Shown piece after piece: positions 16,202 to 27,689 of a stretch of DNA of 35,333 bases. Each line of letters begins with the position of its first letter. Within the stretch, counting starts at the first letter, position 1. The stretch covers positions 1 to 35,333 of the forward strand of contig JBGAQA010000074.1 of assembly GCA_044220955.1 (NCBI GenBank), read 5' to 3'. A model generated the notes under the pieces. The model was not told where the DNA came from. It saw only the letters and a program-made list of their open reading frames with translations, and searched no databases. Position numbers and translations under genes: made by a program. Source of the DNA: Sandaracinaceae bacterium. Its GTDB lineage: Bacteria > Myxococcota_A > Polyangia > Polyangiales > Sandaracinaceae.

Positions 16202-17488
16202 TCACCACCACCGACAGATCCCGGGTCGCATCACCGGGTGAAGCTTGCGGCACACGAGGCCGGCCGGACACGGGGCGCCCGGGAAGGAGCAAGGGTCGCC
16301 GGCGCCAGGCGCGGCCATGCACGTCCGTTCGCCGCTCGCGTCCAGCGCGCACGCCCCCGCGGAGCACTCGCCGTAGAGCAGACCGCAGCGGTCACCCACG
16401 CCCACGTCCGTCGCGCACACGTCACCCGGCCCGCAGTAGGCGCCCTCGGCGCAGCCACCGCCGCACGGGTCGCCCACCGCGGCGGGTGGACCGCACGTCG
16501 GCGGATCGCCGTCGCACGCGAGACCTCCGGCGCACTCGTCGGTGAACGTGCATGGCCCGCCCGCCCCCATCGGATCGGCGCATGCGTCGCCGAGACACAC
16601 GAGCTCGTCGCGACACCAGAGGCCGCGCGCTTCGTCGAAGAGGCAGGGCTCCGCACGCCCCGGCAGCGCGACGCAGGTCCAGGACGCCGAGCTGCAGCCG
16701 AGCCCGCGCGCACAGCGCAGGAGCCAGCTGCACGGCTCGCCCGCGCCCGGAAGCGCCACGCACACGTGCCGGAGGCCATCACACTCCGCGTCGTCCGCGC
16801 ACCCGTCGTCAGGGCACGGGGCGCCCAGCTCGAGCGGCACCTCGCACGTCGTCGGCCCGTCGCAGGCCCCGAAGCAGGCATCCGCGAGCGCGCACACGCC
16901 ATCGGGGCACACGAGTCCGTCCTCGCAGAAAGCGGCGCCGCACGGATCGCCGAGGGTCGGAGCGCTCGTGCACACGCCAGCCCGACACGACGCCCTCGTG
17001 CCGCACGCGCCCGACCCGTCCGCGCACGCGGCGCCCAGCGCGGTGTCGGGGACGCACTCGAAGCGCTCTGGATCGCACCAGGCGCCCACCGGGCACTGCC
17101 CGCTCAGGACACACCGCTCGCCGAGGCGCACGGGCGCGGCCGTGACGGCGCAGTCGCCGAAGTCGGGGTTGCGGCAGTCGATCGTGGCGCGCATCCGCTC
17201 GATGCAGCGCTGCGCGCCCGCACGATCGATCCGCAAGTCGGCGGGATTGGTGGCGAGGCATCGTCGCGTGCGCCGCGCGACGCATGCGTCCTGGTCGAGC
17301 ACGCCGCCGACCAGCTCGGCGCCACAGCCGCATGCCTCTGCACGCTCGCAGAACCAGCGCGCCCACGGTCGACAGAGGTCGGCGGCCAGGTCGCCGGGCC
17401 CCGCGCCCACGTCGTCGCCGGCGTCGGGCACGCCGTGCGCCGACGTGCACGCGGCGAGGACCAGGGCGAGAACCGAGCCGGAGCGCAC
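16202..17488 (-). CDS. Cysteine-rich repeat lipoprotein (myxobacterial, Dickkopf-like GxxC...C..GLxC repeats)
   Basis: GTG 17488, lipobox LVLAAC; repeated units such as GEPCSWLLRCARGLGC, GGPCTFTDECAGGLAC, GDPCSFPGAPCPAGLVC. Confidence 0.8.
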   Translation of the reverse strand: MRSGSVLALVLAACTSAHGVPDAGDDVGAGPGDLAADLCRPWARWFCERAEACGCGAELVGGVLDQDACVARRTRRCLATNPADLRIDRAGAQRCIERMRATIDCRNPDFGDCAVTAAPVRLGERCVLSGQCPVGAWCDPERFECVPDTALGAACADGSGACGTRASCRAGVCTSAPTLGDPCGAAFCEDGLVCPDGVCALADACFGACDGPTTCEVPLELGAPCPDDGCADDAECDGLRHVCVALPGAGEPCSWLLRCARGLGCSSASWTCVALPGRAEPCLFDEARGLWCRDELVCLGDACADPMGAGGPCTFTDECAGGLACDGDPPTCGPPAAVGDPCGGGCAEGAYCGPGDVCATDVGVGDRCGLLYGECSAGACALDASGERTCMAAPGAGDPCSFPGAPCPAGLVCRKLHPVMRPGICRWW

Positions 17489-17696
17489 GCCTCGATGCTC
17501 CTGCCTCCGGCCGACCGCTGCAACATGCGCGACCCGGTCCTCGGGGAGTCGATGCCGTCGTTCGCCAGGGCGAGCGGACGCTCGACGGAGGGCTCGCCGC
17601 GCGCGCACGCGCTCACCCACGCTCGCCGCGGTACACCGGTGCACTACCGCCTGCGGGCGCCGACGCTCCACCGGCTCGGTGCGATCTGCAGCTGCA

Positions 17697-18494
17697 TCAG
17701 CGGCCCGTCCAGACCGGCTCGCGCTTCTGCACGAACGCCGTGAGCCCCTCGCGCGCGTCCTCCGTGCCGAGGATCGCGCCGAGCTGATCGCGCAGATAAG
17801 GCAGCGACGACACGAGATCGCGATCGGCCTGCGCGTGCCACGCGGCCAGGCCCATCCGCATCGCCGTGGGCGACTGCGCGGCGAGCTTGTGCGCGAGGAT
17901 GCCGACGTCCTCGTCGAGGAACGCGTCGGTCGCCACCCGGCTGACGAGCTCGATCCGCGCGGCCGTCTCGGCGTCCAACTTCTCGCCGAGCAGCATCATC
18001 TCCATGAGGCGCCGCTTGCTCACCACGCGGCGCAGCACGGCCATGATCATCATCGGGAACAGGCCCCGCTTGATCTCCGGCGTCCCGAAGACCGCGCTCT
18101 CGCCGGCGATGGCGAAGTCGCAGACGGCGATCAGCCCGAGCGCGCCGCCCATCGCCACGCCCTTCACGCGCGCGATGGTGGGCTTGCCCAGCGTCGTGAA
18201 GCGCATGAGCAGATCGACGTAGTCGCCGCGCTGCGGCAGCGCCTCACGGCCGTGCTCGTCGGGCCCGCCGCCCATCATCTTGAGATCGCCGCCGGCGCTG
18301 AACGCGTCGCCCGCGCCCGTGAGCACGACGACCCGCACCTCGGGAGCGTCCTTCGCATCGTCGAGCGCCCAGCAGAGCTCGTTCACCATCTCGGGGCCGA
18401 GCGGGTTCTTCCGCTCCGGCTTGTTCAGCGTGATCGTCCGGATCGGCCCCTCGTCGCGGACGACGATCGTGCGGAACGCGCGCTCGGCCGTCAT
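17697..18494 (-). CDS. Enoyl-CoA hydratase/isomerase (crotonase) family protein
   Basis: ITLNKPERKNPL, AFSAGGDL, KPTIARVKGVAMGGALGL, FGTPEIKRGLFP, EDAREGLTAFVQKREPVW; ATGA overlap with the BKACE gene. Confidence 0.95.
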   Translation of the reverse strand: MTAERAFRTIVVRDEGPIRTITLNKPERKNPLGPEMVNELCWALDDAKDAPEVRVVVLTGAGDAFSAGGDLKMMGGGPDEHGREALPQRGDYVDLLMRFTTLGKPTIARVKGVAMGGALGLIAVCDFAIAGESAVFGTPEIKRGLFPMMIMAVLRRVVSKRRLMEMMLLGEKLDAETAARIELVSRVATDAFLDEDVGILAHKLAAQSPTAMRMGLAAWHAQADRDLVSSLPYLRDQLGAILGTEDAREGLTAFVQKREPVWTGR

Positions 18495-19426
18495 GCGCGG
18501 ACCGTGACCTCGGCCGCGGCCTTTCGCGCGTGCCCCACGTCCGTCGCCGCCTGCCGCCCCGCACCCACGTCGTAGAGGTGCAGGAGCTCGCGCGCCTCCT
18601 CGACCGTGGCCGGCTCGCGCCCCATGTCCCGCGTCATGCGCGCCGCGACCTCGACCATCGCGCCGTTCGACGACGCCATCTGCCCGTTCGGCAGGTAGAG
18701 GTGGTCCTCGAGCCCCGTGCGGATGTTCCCGCCGAGCACGAGCGCGCTCGCGAGCATGCGCCAGTGGCCGTGCGAGATCCCGATGACCTCCCAGTCGCTG
18801 CCCGGGGGCATGATCTTGGTCTGCAGCTGGAGCGACTCGATCATCGGAGGGATCCCGCCGAGCACGTTCACGATGAACGAGTACTGGTAGGGTGCGCGCA
18901 GCACGCCCATGTCGAAGAGCGGCGCGATGCCCGCGGTGTGTCCGCTGTCGAAGCACTCGAGCTCGGGCTTCACGCCCGCCTCGTTCATCGCCTCGAGCAG
19001 CTTGACGATCTTGCCGTAGGGGTTCGGGAAGACCATGTCGAACTCGAAGGTCTTCTTCTTCTTCGAGTACTTCGCGTAGTTCATCGTGCCCATGTTGAGG
19101 GCCGCGATCTCGGGGCGAGACTCCTTGATGTAGGCGATCTGCATCGACACGTCGTCGAGCATCGTGCCGGTCGAGAAGTTCAGGATGATCGGGCAACGTG
19201 CGCGGATCTCCTTCTTGATCTCGGCGAACACGGCGGGCTCGAACGTCGGCCCGCCCTCGGGCGTGCGGGCGTGGAGGTGCACGACGCTCGCGCCCGCGTC
19301 GTACGCGCGCCGGGCCTCCTCGGCGATCTCGGCCGGCGTGTAGGGGATCGCCGCGTTCTGCCGGCGGCTGGCGAGCACGCCGGTGAGCGCGCACGTGATC
19401 ACGACCTTCTTGTCCTCAGGTGCCAT
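18491..19426 (-). CDS. Beta-keto acid cleavage enzyme (BKACE/DUF849, Kce family)
   Basis: IPYTPAEIAEEARRAYDAGASVVHLHAR (Zn-binding HxH), PEIAALNMGTMN, KPELECFD, GGNIRTGLED. Confidence 0.94.
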   Translation of the reverse strand: MAPEDKKVVITCALTGVLASRRQNAAIPYTPAEIAEEARRAYDAGASVVHLHARTPEGGPTFEPAVFAEIKKEIRARCPIILNFSTGTMLDDVSMQIAYIKESRPEIAALNMGTMNYAKYSKKKKTFEFDMVFPNPYGKIVKLLEAMNEAGVKPELECFDSGHTAGIAPLFDMGVLRAPYQYSFIVNVLGGIPPMIESLQLQTKIMPPGSDWEVIGISHGHWRMLASALVLGGNIRTGLEDHLYLPNGQMASSNGAMVEVAARMTRDMGREPATVEEARELLHLYDVGAGRQAATDVGHARKAAAEVTVRA

Positions 19427-19901
19427 GAGACTCTCCTTCGCGACGATCGATCTCGGTACGGACGCGCTCGGCCAGCGCCGAGAGGATCCGCCTCAGCTCG
19501 CGGCGGTCGGGCTCGTCGAGCGCGCGTAGCGCGACGCCGAACACCTCCATCGCCGACACCGGCACGCTCGCGGCGAGCGCGGTGCCCTTCTCCGTGGCGC
19601 GGATCAGCACGACGCGCCGATCCGACTGGCTGCGCTCGCGGACGACGAGGCCGTCGCGCTCCATCCGGTCGACGATCCCCGTGATGGTCGAGTTGCGCGC
19701 GCTCATCTTCTCGGAGAGCTCCGTCAGCGACAGGTCGCCCATCGCCTCCAGGATCTTGAGCACCGAGATCTGCGGGCCCGTCAGCCCATGCTCCCGAGCC
19801 TGCGTCTTGGTCACCCGGCGGCTCTCGGCGTAGAGATAGAGGATCGTCTCGACGATCCGGTCGACCTCCCCGCGTTGAACGCCATTGCCCCCGTGCGCCA
19901 C
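19416..19901 (-). CDS. MarR family transcriptional regulator
   Basis: HGLTGPQISVL, LSLTELSEKM, STITGIVDRMERDGLVVR, SDRRVVLIRATEKG; overlaps the BKACE start by 11 nt. Confidence 0.93.
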   Translation of the reverse strand: MAHGGNGVQRGEVDRIVETILYLYAESRRVTKTQAREHGLTGPQISVLKILEAMGDLSLTELSEKMSARNSTITGIVDRMERDGLVVRERSQSDRRVVLIRATEKGTALAASVPVSAMEVFGVALRALDEPDRRELRRILSALAERVRTEIDRREGESHGT

Positions 19902-19941
19902 GAATCACCTCAGGGCCCAAAACCGCGTGAAGGACGGCCCG

Positions 19942-19961
19942 ATATTTCGTGTGCGTAATAT
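19942..19961. promoter_or_regulatory. AT-rich imperfect palindrome ATATTTCG-TGTG-CGTAATAT; candidate MarR operator
   Basis: Dyad ATATTnCG-N4-CGnAATAT, 40 nt upstream of marR in the divergent intergenic region. Confidence 0.55.
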
Positions 19962-20083
19962 TCGTGTCGGAAGGCGACGTCAAGGGCCGCGGTTGCGGCA
20001 CGCGCGAGGTTCGTGTCAGTCTGCGCGCGGATCGTCGCTGGCCCGACCTGCTAACGCCGGCTCGATCGACTTCGGAGGCTCGC

Positions 20084-20821
20084 TTGCGCTCGAACGGATT
20101 CGGTAGGCTCTTCGTGGTGATGGCGGCCTGCACGGCCCTGACGATCGCCGTCGTCGGTGCGACCCCGAGCCAGGTGTCGGCGCAGGCCTGCACGGGCGGC
20201 GCCTGCACGCCGGTCCGCCCCGACGGCAAGGGGATGATCGGCCTCGGCCTCCTCGGCGGCGAGATCGGCCTGATCGTCCCCGCGATCATCCAGAACGCGG
20301 CTCGCACGAACGAGTGGTGGCCCTACCTGGTCTTCCCGCTCATCGGGATCGGGGCGGGCATCGGCGGCGGGTACGCGCTCGAGCTGGCCACGCCGACCCA
20401 GCCGGAGGTCGACGTCGGCATCCTGATCGGGGCGATGGTGCTCATCGTGCCGGCGATCGTCGGCACGCTCGCCCTGGCGACCTACACGCCACCGTCGGAG
20501 TCCGCAGCGGCGGACGAGGACATGTCGTACGACGACACGTCGGACGAGGGCGACTCGGTCGAGGCCGTCCAGGACGAGGACTCGTCGTCGTCTCCCGCGC
20601 CATCCTCGTCACCCTCCTCCTCGGCTCCCACGTCCTCCTCGGGCCCCACGTCCATGCTCGGCGGCCCGGGCCTGGTCCGGCTGGACGCGGACACCCACCA
20701 GCTGCTCGTCGCCGTGCCGGTGATGGGCGCGGTCGGCCGCTACGCCAGCGAGGAGCTCGCCTCGCTCCACCTCGTGCAGCAGTACGACATGAACATCCCG
20801 CTCGTCAGCGGGACGTTCTGA
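20084..20821 (+). CDS. Hypothetical membrane protein (signal peptide, three TM segments, acidic/Ser-rich linker)
   Basis: TTG 20084 preceded by GGAGG; hydrophobic helices; ends in SGTF; 3' end overlaps orn by 17 nt. Confidence 0.75.
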   Translation: MRSNGFGRLFVVMAACTALTIAVVGATPSQVSAQACTGGACTPVRPDGKGMIGLGLLGGEIGLIVPAIIQNAARTNEWWPYLVFPLIGIGAGIGGGYALELATPTQPEVDVGILIGAMVLIVPAIVGTLALATYTPPSESAAADEDMSYDDTSDEGDSVEAVQDEDSSSSPAPSSSPSSSAPTSSSGPTSMLGGPGLVRLDADTHQLLVAVPVMGAVGRYASEELASLHLVQQYDMNIPLVSGTF

Positions 20822-21353
20822 AGACCGCGTCGCGGTAGTAGCGCAGCTCGTCGATCGACTCGCGGATGTCGTCGAGCGCGCGGTGTGCGCCCTTCTTCCT
20901 CGGGCGCGCGTCGTACGCGGCGGGGTACCAGCGGCGCACCAGCTCCTTGAGCGTGGACACGTCCACGTTGCGGTAGTGCAGGTGCGTCTCGAGCGCCTTC
21001 ATGTAGCGCGCGAGGAAGAGCCGGTCCTGGTGGATCGAGTTGCCCGCGAGGGGCGCGCTCCGGGCCGGGACGTGCTGCGCGACGAAGGCGAGCGTCAGCT
21101 GCTCGGCCTGCGCCGTGTCGATCGACGAGGCGCGCACGCGATCGACGAGCCCCGACTCGCCGTGGTGCTTCTTGTTCCACTCGTCCATCGCGTCGAGGAC
21201 CGCGGCCGGCTGTCGGATGACGAGCTCGGGTCCCTCCGCGATCACGTTCAGCTCGCCGTCGGTGACGATGGTGGCGATCTCGAGGATGCGCTCGCGCTCG
21301 ACGTCGAGCCCCGTCATCTCGAGATCCACCCAGACCAGTCGATCGCTCTCCAT
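20805..21353 (-). CDS. orn: Oligoribonuclease
   Basis: [72 protein letters not shown]. Confidence 0.97.
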   Translation of the reverse strand: MESDRLVWVDLEMTGLDVERERILEIATIVTDGELNVIAEGPELVIRQPAAVLDAMDEWNKKHHGESGLVDRVRASSIDTAQAEQLTLAFVAQHVPARSAPLAGNSIHQDRLFLARYMKALETHLHYRNVDVSTLKELVRRWYPAAYDARPRKKGAHRALDDIRESIDELRYYRDAVFRTSR

Positions 21354-21384
21354 CGGCCCCTCGTCCGCCCGATCCCGCGCCGCG

Positions 21385-22728
21385 TCAGCGCGGCTGACAC
21401 GCCAGCACGGTGAGCACGGCGCCCCCGCTGCCGAAGTTCGTCACCACGGCCGTGCCCGCCGTCGACGAGACGACGTCGTAGTCGAGCGCGGGGCCCGCCC
21501 CGCCCGCGCTCACCATCGAGGGGGGGAAGTCCGCCCGGACGCTGTCGAGCGTCTCGGGGAGCAGCAGCGCCCACACCCCCGTGCCCATGCGGTGCGTCCC
21601 GGTGGGGTCGAAGCGCGTGATGAGCGGCCCCAGCGCCGTCTCGTCGACGCGCAGCGGCAGACCGCTGCCCTGGCTCGGCGCCGCGCGCATCGGCTGGACC
21701 GTCGCGACCGTCATGTGGGCGAGCTCGTGATCGAAGGCGTCGTGGAAGGCGACGAGGTAGTCGAGCGGCGTGGTCGTCAGCGGATCGGCCGCGAGGCCGC
21801 CGGCGAACGAGTGCGTGCCCAGGACGGAGCCGTCGGCGACGGAGAAGAACGCGACGGTCGTCGCGTCCGTCGGGATCGCGATGCTGGCGCCGTCGCTCGC
21901 CGCGTCGAAGGGCGCCAGGCCCGCGGTCGTGGACACGCGGATCGCCGAGGCCCAGCCGGGAACGAGCGCCCAGCGTTCGTCGGCCGCGTCGTCCCAGATC
22001 ACCGCGAACGTGGTGGTGCCCAGGCCGGTGGCGCCCACGCGGGTGGCCTGGGCCCCCTCGACCAGGCTGGCCACCGACGTGGGTGGGTGCACGGTCACGA
22101 GGTGGGAGGCGACGTCGACGGGGTACGTCTCGATCAGGTGCTCAGCGCCCGGCATCGGCAGGCGCTGCACCACCACCACGCCGCCCGTGGCCGTGGAGGC
22201 GAGGTCGACGAGCTCGATCGGATCCGTCGTGACGGGGACGGGCCCGCCGACCCCGCCCAGGAAATCGACGGCGCGGAGGCGAACCCCCGAGGTGAAGCTG
22301 GTGTCGGTGATGACGATGGAGTCGCCGATCGCCGCCGCCGACACCTGCTCGGAGGCCGTCCCGAGCAGCGTCGCGATCGCGCCGGGCGCCGCGTCCTCGT
22401 CGATCGTGGAGTCGCAGTCCTGGTCGCGCCCGTCGCAGAGCTCGAGCGCGCCCGGGAAGACCCGGCTGTCGCTGTCGTCGCAGTCGTCCCCGCAGGGAGG
22501 CGGCGCGTGACCATCGAGATCCCCGTCGCGCATCGCCCCGACCGTGCGGCACTGGCTGCCGATGCAGCGCACGTCCTCGCAGGCCACCGGCGCGCAGTCG
22601 GAGTCCGCGAAGCAGGCGGCCGTGGTGCCCGGAGGCACCGTCCCGCCGGACGGGCCGCCCTGACAGCCGTCGAACCCGGGCCCGGTGAGCGCGAGCGTGA
22701 GCGCCGCCGCGAGGAAGCGAGACACCAT
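21385..22728 (-). CDS. Exported (probably lipo-) protein with a MopE-like putative metal-binding motif
   Basis: ATG 22728, hydrophobic N-terminus followed by GC; DGDLDGH...[31 protein letters not shown]; beta-rich remainder. Confidence 0.8.
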   Translation of the reverse strand: MVSRFLAAALTLALTGPGFDGCQGGPSGGTVPPGTTAACFADSDCAPVACEDVRCIGSQCRTVGAMRDGDLDGHAPPPCGDDCDDSDSRVFPGALELCDGRDQDCDSTIDEDAAPGAIATLLGTASEQVSAAAIGDSIVITDTSFTSGVRLRAVDFLGGVGGPVPVTTDPIELVDLASTATGGVVVVQRLPMPGAEHLIETYPVDVASHLVTVHPPTSVASLVEGAQATRVGATGLGTTTFAVIWDDAADERWALVPGWASAIRVSTTAGLAPFDAASDGASIAIPTDATTVAFFSVADGSVLGTHSFAGGLAADPLTTTPLDYLVAFHDAFDHELAHMTVATVQPMRAAPSQGSGLPLRVDETALGPLITRFDPTGTHRMGTGVWALLLPETLDSVRADFPPSMVSAGGAGPALDYDVVSSTAGTAVVTNFGSGGAVLTVLACQPR

Positions 22729-22767
22729 CGGCGGGAGGATAGCCCGAAAGGTAAGCTCCGGCGCGCG

Positions 22768-23724
22768 ATGCTCCTCGTGGCGCGAGTCCGGCGGACCCTT
22801 CTCGAACGCGCGCTCGTGCCGCGCGGTGCGCGCGTCGTGGTCGGGACCTCGGGCGGACCCGACTCGACCGCCCTGCTGGAGGTCCTGGCGCGGCTCGCGG
22901 GCGAGCTCTCGCTCTCGCTCGTGGCCGCGGGCATCGACCACGGCCTGCGCCCATCTGCGGCCGCGGAGCTCGACCTCGCCGCCGCGCACGCCAGCCGGAT
23001 CGGCGTGGCGTTCGAGCGCGTGCCGGTGAGGGTCGATGGGTCCGTCCAGGCGGGCGCCCGGCGCGCGCGCTACGCGGCCCTGGCCCAGCTGGCCGGCCGC
23101 TCGGGCGCGTCCCGGATCGCGGTCGGACACACGCTGGACGACCAGGCCGAGACGGTGCTCGCCCGGATCGGCCGCGGCAGCGGCCTGCGAGGGATCGCCG
23201 GGATCGACCCCGCGCGCGAGGACGGCGTCGTGCGCCCCCTGATCGACGCGTCGCGCGCCGACGTGAGGGCATTCCTGGACGAGGCGGGCCTGCCGTTCGC
23301 GGAGGACCCCTCGAACGCCGATCCGCGCTTCGAGCGGGCGCGGATCCGGCAGGGCCTGCTCCCCGTGCTGCGCGCCGCCGATCCGGCCGCGCTCGCGCAC
23401 CTCGCTCGGCTCGCCGACGAGGCCCGGGAGGCCGATCGGGCGCTCGAGGCGCTCGCCGGCGCCGCGCTCGCCGACGCCGCCTCCCCGGCCGGCATCGCGC
23501 TCGACGTGCTCCGCCGCTGGCCGCCGCCCGTGGGCCTGCGCGCCCTGCGTCAGGCGCTCGGCGAGGGCCTCGGCCGCGCACACCTTTCGATCCTCGAGGC
23601 CTGGCTCCATGGCAAGGGGGAGCGTGGCGAGCTGCGGCTACCGGGCGGACGCACTGCCCGGATCGGCGGGGATCACCTGGTCGTCGGCCCGCCCGCTCCG
23701 TCGGACCCGGATGAAGAAGCATGA
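22768..23724 (+). CDS. tilS: tRNA(Ile)-lysidine synthetase (short form, 318 aa)
   Basis: PP-loop SGGPDS, IDHGLR, ARRARY, GHTLDDQAETVL, VVRPLI, EDPSNAD; directly upstream of ftsH. Confidence 0.94.
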   Translation: MLLVARVRRTLLERALVPRGARVVVGTSGGPDSTALLEVLARLAGELSLSLVAAGIDHGLRPSAAAELDLAAAHASRIGVAFERVPVRVDGSVQAGARRARYAALAQLAGRSGASRIAVGHTLDDQAETVLARIGRGSGLRGIAGIDPAREDGVVRPLIDASRADVRAFLDEAGLPFAEDPSNADPRFERARIRQGLLPVLRAADPAALAHLARLADEAREADRALEALAGAALADAASPAGIALDVLRRWPPPVGLRALRQALGEGLGRAHLSILEAWLHGKGERGELRLPGGRTARIGGDHLVVGPPAPSDPDEEA

Positions 23725-23751
23725 ATGCCGATGAGTCCGAGCGCGGGATCG

Positions 23752-23781
23752 TTGATGGCATGGTGCCATCGTGCTTAACTT
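23752..23781 (+). promoter_or_regulatory. Candidate sigma70-type ftsH promoter (TTGATG ... TAACTT) with an overlapping perfect inverted repeat GATGGCA-TGG-TGCCATC
   Basis: AT-richer intergenic stretch; palindrome at 23754-23770. Confidence 0.45.
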
Positions 23782-23830
23782 TCGATGGCCCCGAACAGGC
23801 GCTCGGCCTCGGTTCGGCGCGAGGTAAACA

Positions 23831-25753
<1,923 letters not shown>

Positions 25754-25801
25754 GTCGGTGTTCGCGGCGGCCCGCGCGATCGGGCCGCCGGGTTTCGGGG
25801 G

Positions 25802-26692
25802 TTGGTGCACGACGGAGATCACAGACCAGCGGCCATCGGGCGCCCCGCGAGCGGGCGCGCGGTGGAGGTATGGGGTGTCCTCAACGTCACGCCCGACTCG
25901 TTCAGTGACGGGGGCCGGTTCCTGGCGCTCGAGGCGGCGCTCGCGCACGCGAGGCGGATGCTCTCCGAGGGCGCGGACGTCATCGACGTGGGCGGCGCCT
26001 CGTCGAGGCCGCGGGGCACGACGTACGGGGCGGGTGCCGAGGACGTCCCGGCCGAAGTCGAGCTCGCGCGGGTGATCCCCGTCGTCGAGGGCGTCGCGCG
26101 ACAGCTCGGGGCGCGGGTCAGCATCGACACGACGCGCGGCGCCGTCGCCGACGCCGCGCTGCGCGCGGGCGCACGCATCGTGAACGACGTGTCGATGGGG
26201 CGGGACGAGGCCCTGCTCGCGGCGGTGGCGCGGCACGGCGCCGACCTCGTCCTGATGCACACGCGCGGCAGCGGGGAGGTCACGCGCGCCAACACCGCAT
26301 ACGACGACGTCGTCGGCGACGTCGCGCGCGAGCTCCGTGAGGCGTGCGCGGTCGCGCTCGCCGCGGGCGTCTCGAGCGACGGGCTCTACGTCGATCCGGG
26401 GCTCGGCTTCGCGAAGACCGCGGCGCAGAGCGCCGAGCTGCTCGCGCGCACCGGAGAGCTCCGGGGGCTCGGCGCGCGGGTCCTCGTGGGCGCCTCGCGC
26501 AAGTCGTTCCTCGGTGTGCTCGCGGAGCGCGCCGGTGCGCGGCCGGGTCCAGACGCGCGCCTCGGCGCGAGCCTGGCGGCGGCGATGGTGGCCGCGCGGC
26601 AGGGCGTCGCGGCGGTCCGCGTCCACGACGTGGCCCAGACGCGGCAGGCCCTCGACGTGCTGGCGGCGCTCGAGGCGTGCGGCCATGCGTGA
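25802..26692 (+). CDS. folP: Dihydropteroate synthase (exact start uncertain)
   Basis: GVLNVTPDSFSDGG, GADVIDVGG, SIDT, IVNDVS, DPGLGFAK, GASRKSFLG, VRVHDV. Confidence 0.96.
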   Translation: MVHDGDHRPAAIGRPASGRAVEVWGVLNVTPDSFSDGGRFLALEAALAHARRMLSEGADVIDVGGASSRPRGTTYGAGAEDVPAEVELARVIPVVEGVARQLGARVSIDTTRGAVADAALRAGARIVNDVSMGRDEALLAAVARHGADLVLMHTRGSGEVTRANTAYDDVVGDVARELREACAVALAAGVSSDGLYVDPGLGFAKTAAQSAELLARTGELRGLGARVLVGASRKSFLGVLAERAGARPGPDARLGASLAAAMVAARQGVAAVRVHDVAQTRQALDVLAALEACGHA

Positions 26693-27656
26693 GCTCGTCG
26701 AGCTGCTCCCGATGCTGCACGGGCTCTTCGCGCAGGGCGCGCTGCGCGTGGTGGCGGACGTGCTCGACGTGTTCCTGGTCGCCTTCCTCGTCTACCGCGT
26801 CCTGCTGCTCGTGCGCGGCACCCGCGCGATGCAGATGGCCCTCGGCCTCGGCCTCGTCTTCGTCACGTACCAGCTCGCGCGCGTCATCGGGCTGGTCACG
26901 CTCTACACGATGCTCGACTCGCTGCTCACGTACATCGTGTTGCTCGTCGTCGTGCTCTTCCAGAACGACATCCGCCGCGTCCTGGCGCGCGTCGGCGCGC
27001 AGCCCTTCCTGCGCGGCGCGGCCCAGCAGCGCGAGATCCACGCGATCGAGGAGGTCGTGAAGGCCGCTGCGCTCATGTCGCAGCACAAGATCGGGGCGCT
27101 GATCGTCTTCGAGCGCGACGCGTCGCTCGACGAGTTCGTCCAGCAAGAGGGCACGACCGTCGACGCGGCGATCAGCAAGGAGCTGCTGCTCTCGCTCTTC
27201 GTGTCGAGCGCCGACAACCCGAACCACGACGGCGCGGTCGTCATCCGAGACGGGCGCATCTGGCAGGCCGGCGTGTTCCTGCCCATCGCGGGCAGCCCCA
27301 AGCTCGACCGCTCGCTCGGGACGCGCCACCGCGCCGCCATCGGCATCTCCGAGGAGACCGACGCGGTCGTGGTCGTCGTCTCCGAGGAGCGCGGCGCCAT
27401 CAGCCTCTGCTTCAACGGGAACATGGCGCGCGACCTCGATCCGAGCTCGCTGCGACAAGCACTGCTCGGCCTCTTCCAGGCCAGCCGCAAGAAGCGGACG
27501 GCCGAGGCGACCGGCTCGCGCAAGCGCGAAGGCTCGAGCTCGGTCAGCATCGTCCCGCCTCCGCCGAGCGCCTCGATCCCCTCGCCCGAGGCCGCGGCGA
27601 GCGCGGAGCCGGCGCTCGCGAAGCGTTCGACCCCCGGAGAGGGCTCACCCGGATGA
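26685..27656 (+). CDS. cdaA: Diadenylate cyclase CdaA (DacA)
   Basis: ATG 26685 overlapping the folP end; three N-terminal TMs; DAC motifs HDGAVVI and GTRHRAAIGISEETDA. Confidence 0.95.
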   Translation: MRELVELLPMLHGLFAQGALRVVADVLDVFLVAFLVYRVLLLVRGTRAMQMALGLGLVFVTYQLARVIGLVTLYTMLDSLLTYIVLLVVVLFQNDIRRVLARVGAQPFLRGAAQQREIHAIEEVVKAAALMSQHKIGALIVFERDASLDEFVQQEGTTVDAAISKELLLSLFVSSADNPNHDGAVVIRDGRIWQAGVFLPIAGSPKLDRSLGTRHRAAIGISEETDAVVVVVSEERGAISLCFNGNMARDLDPSSLRQALLGLFQASRKKRTAEATGSRKREGSSSVSIVPPPPSASIPSPEAAASAEPALAKRSTPGEGSPG

Positions 27657-27689
27657 AATGCGCTCGTCGGCCTGGGCTCGGAGGCGCAC

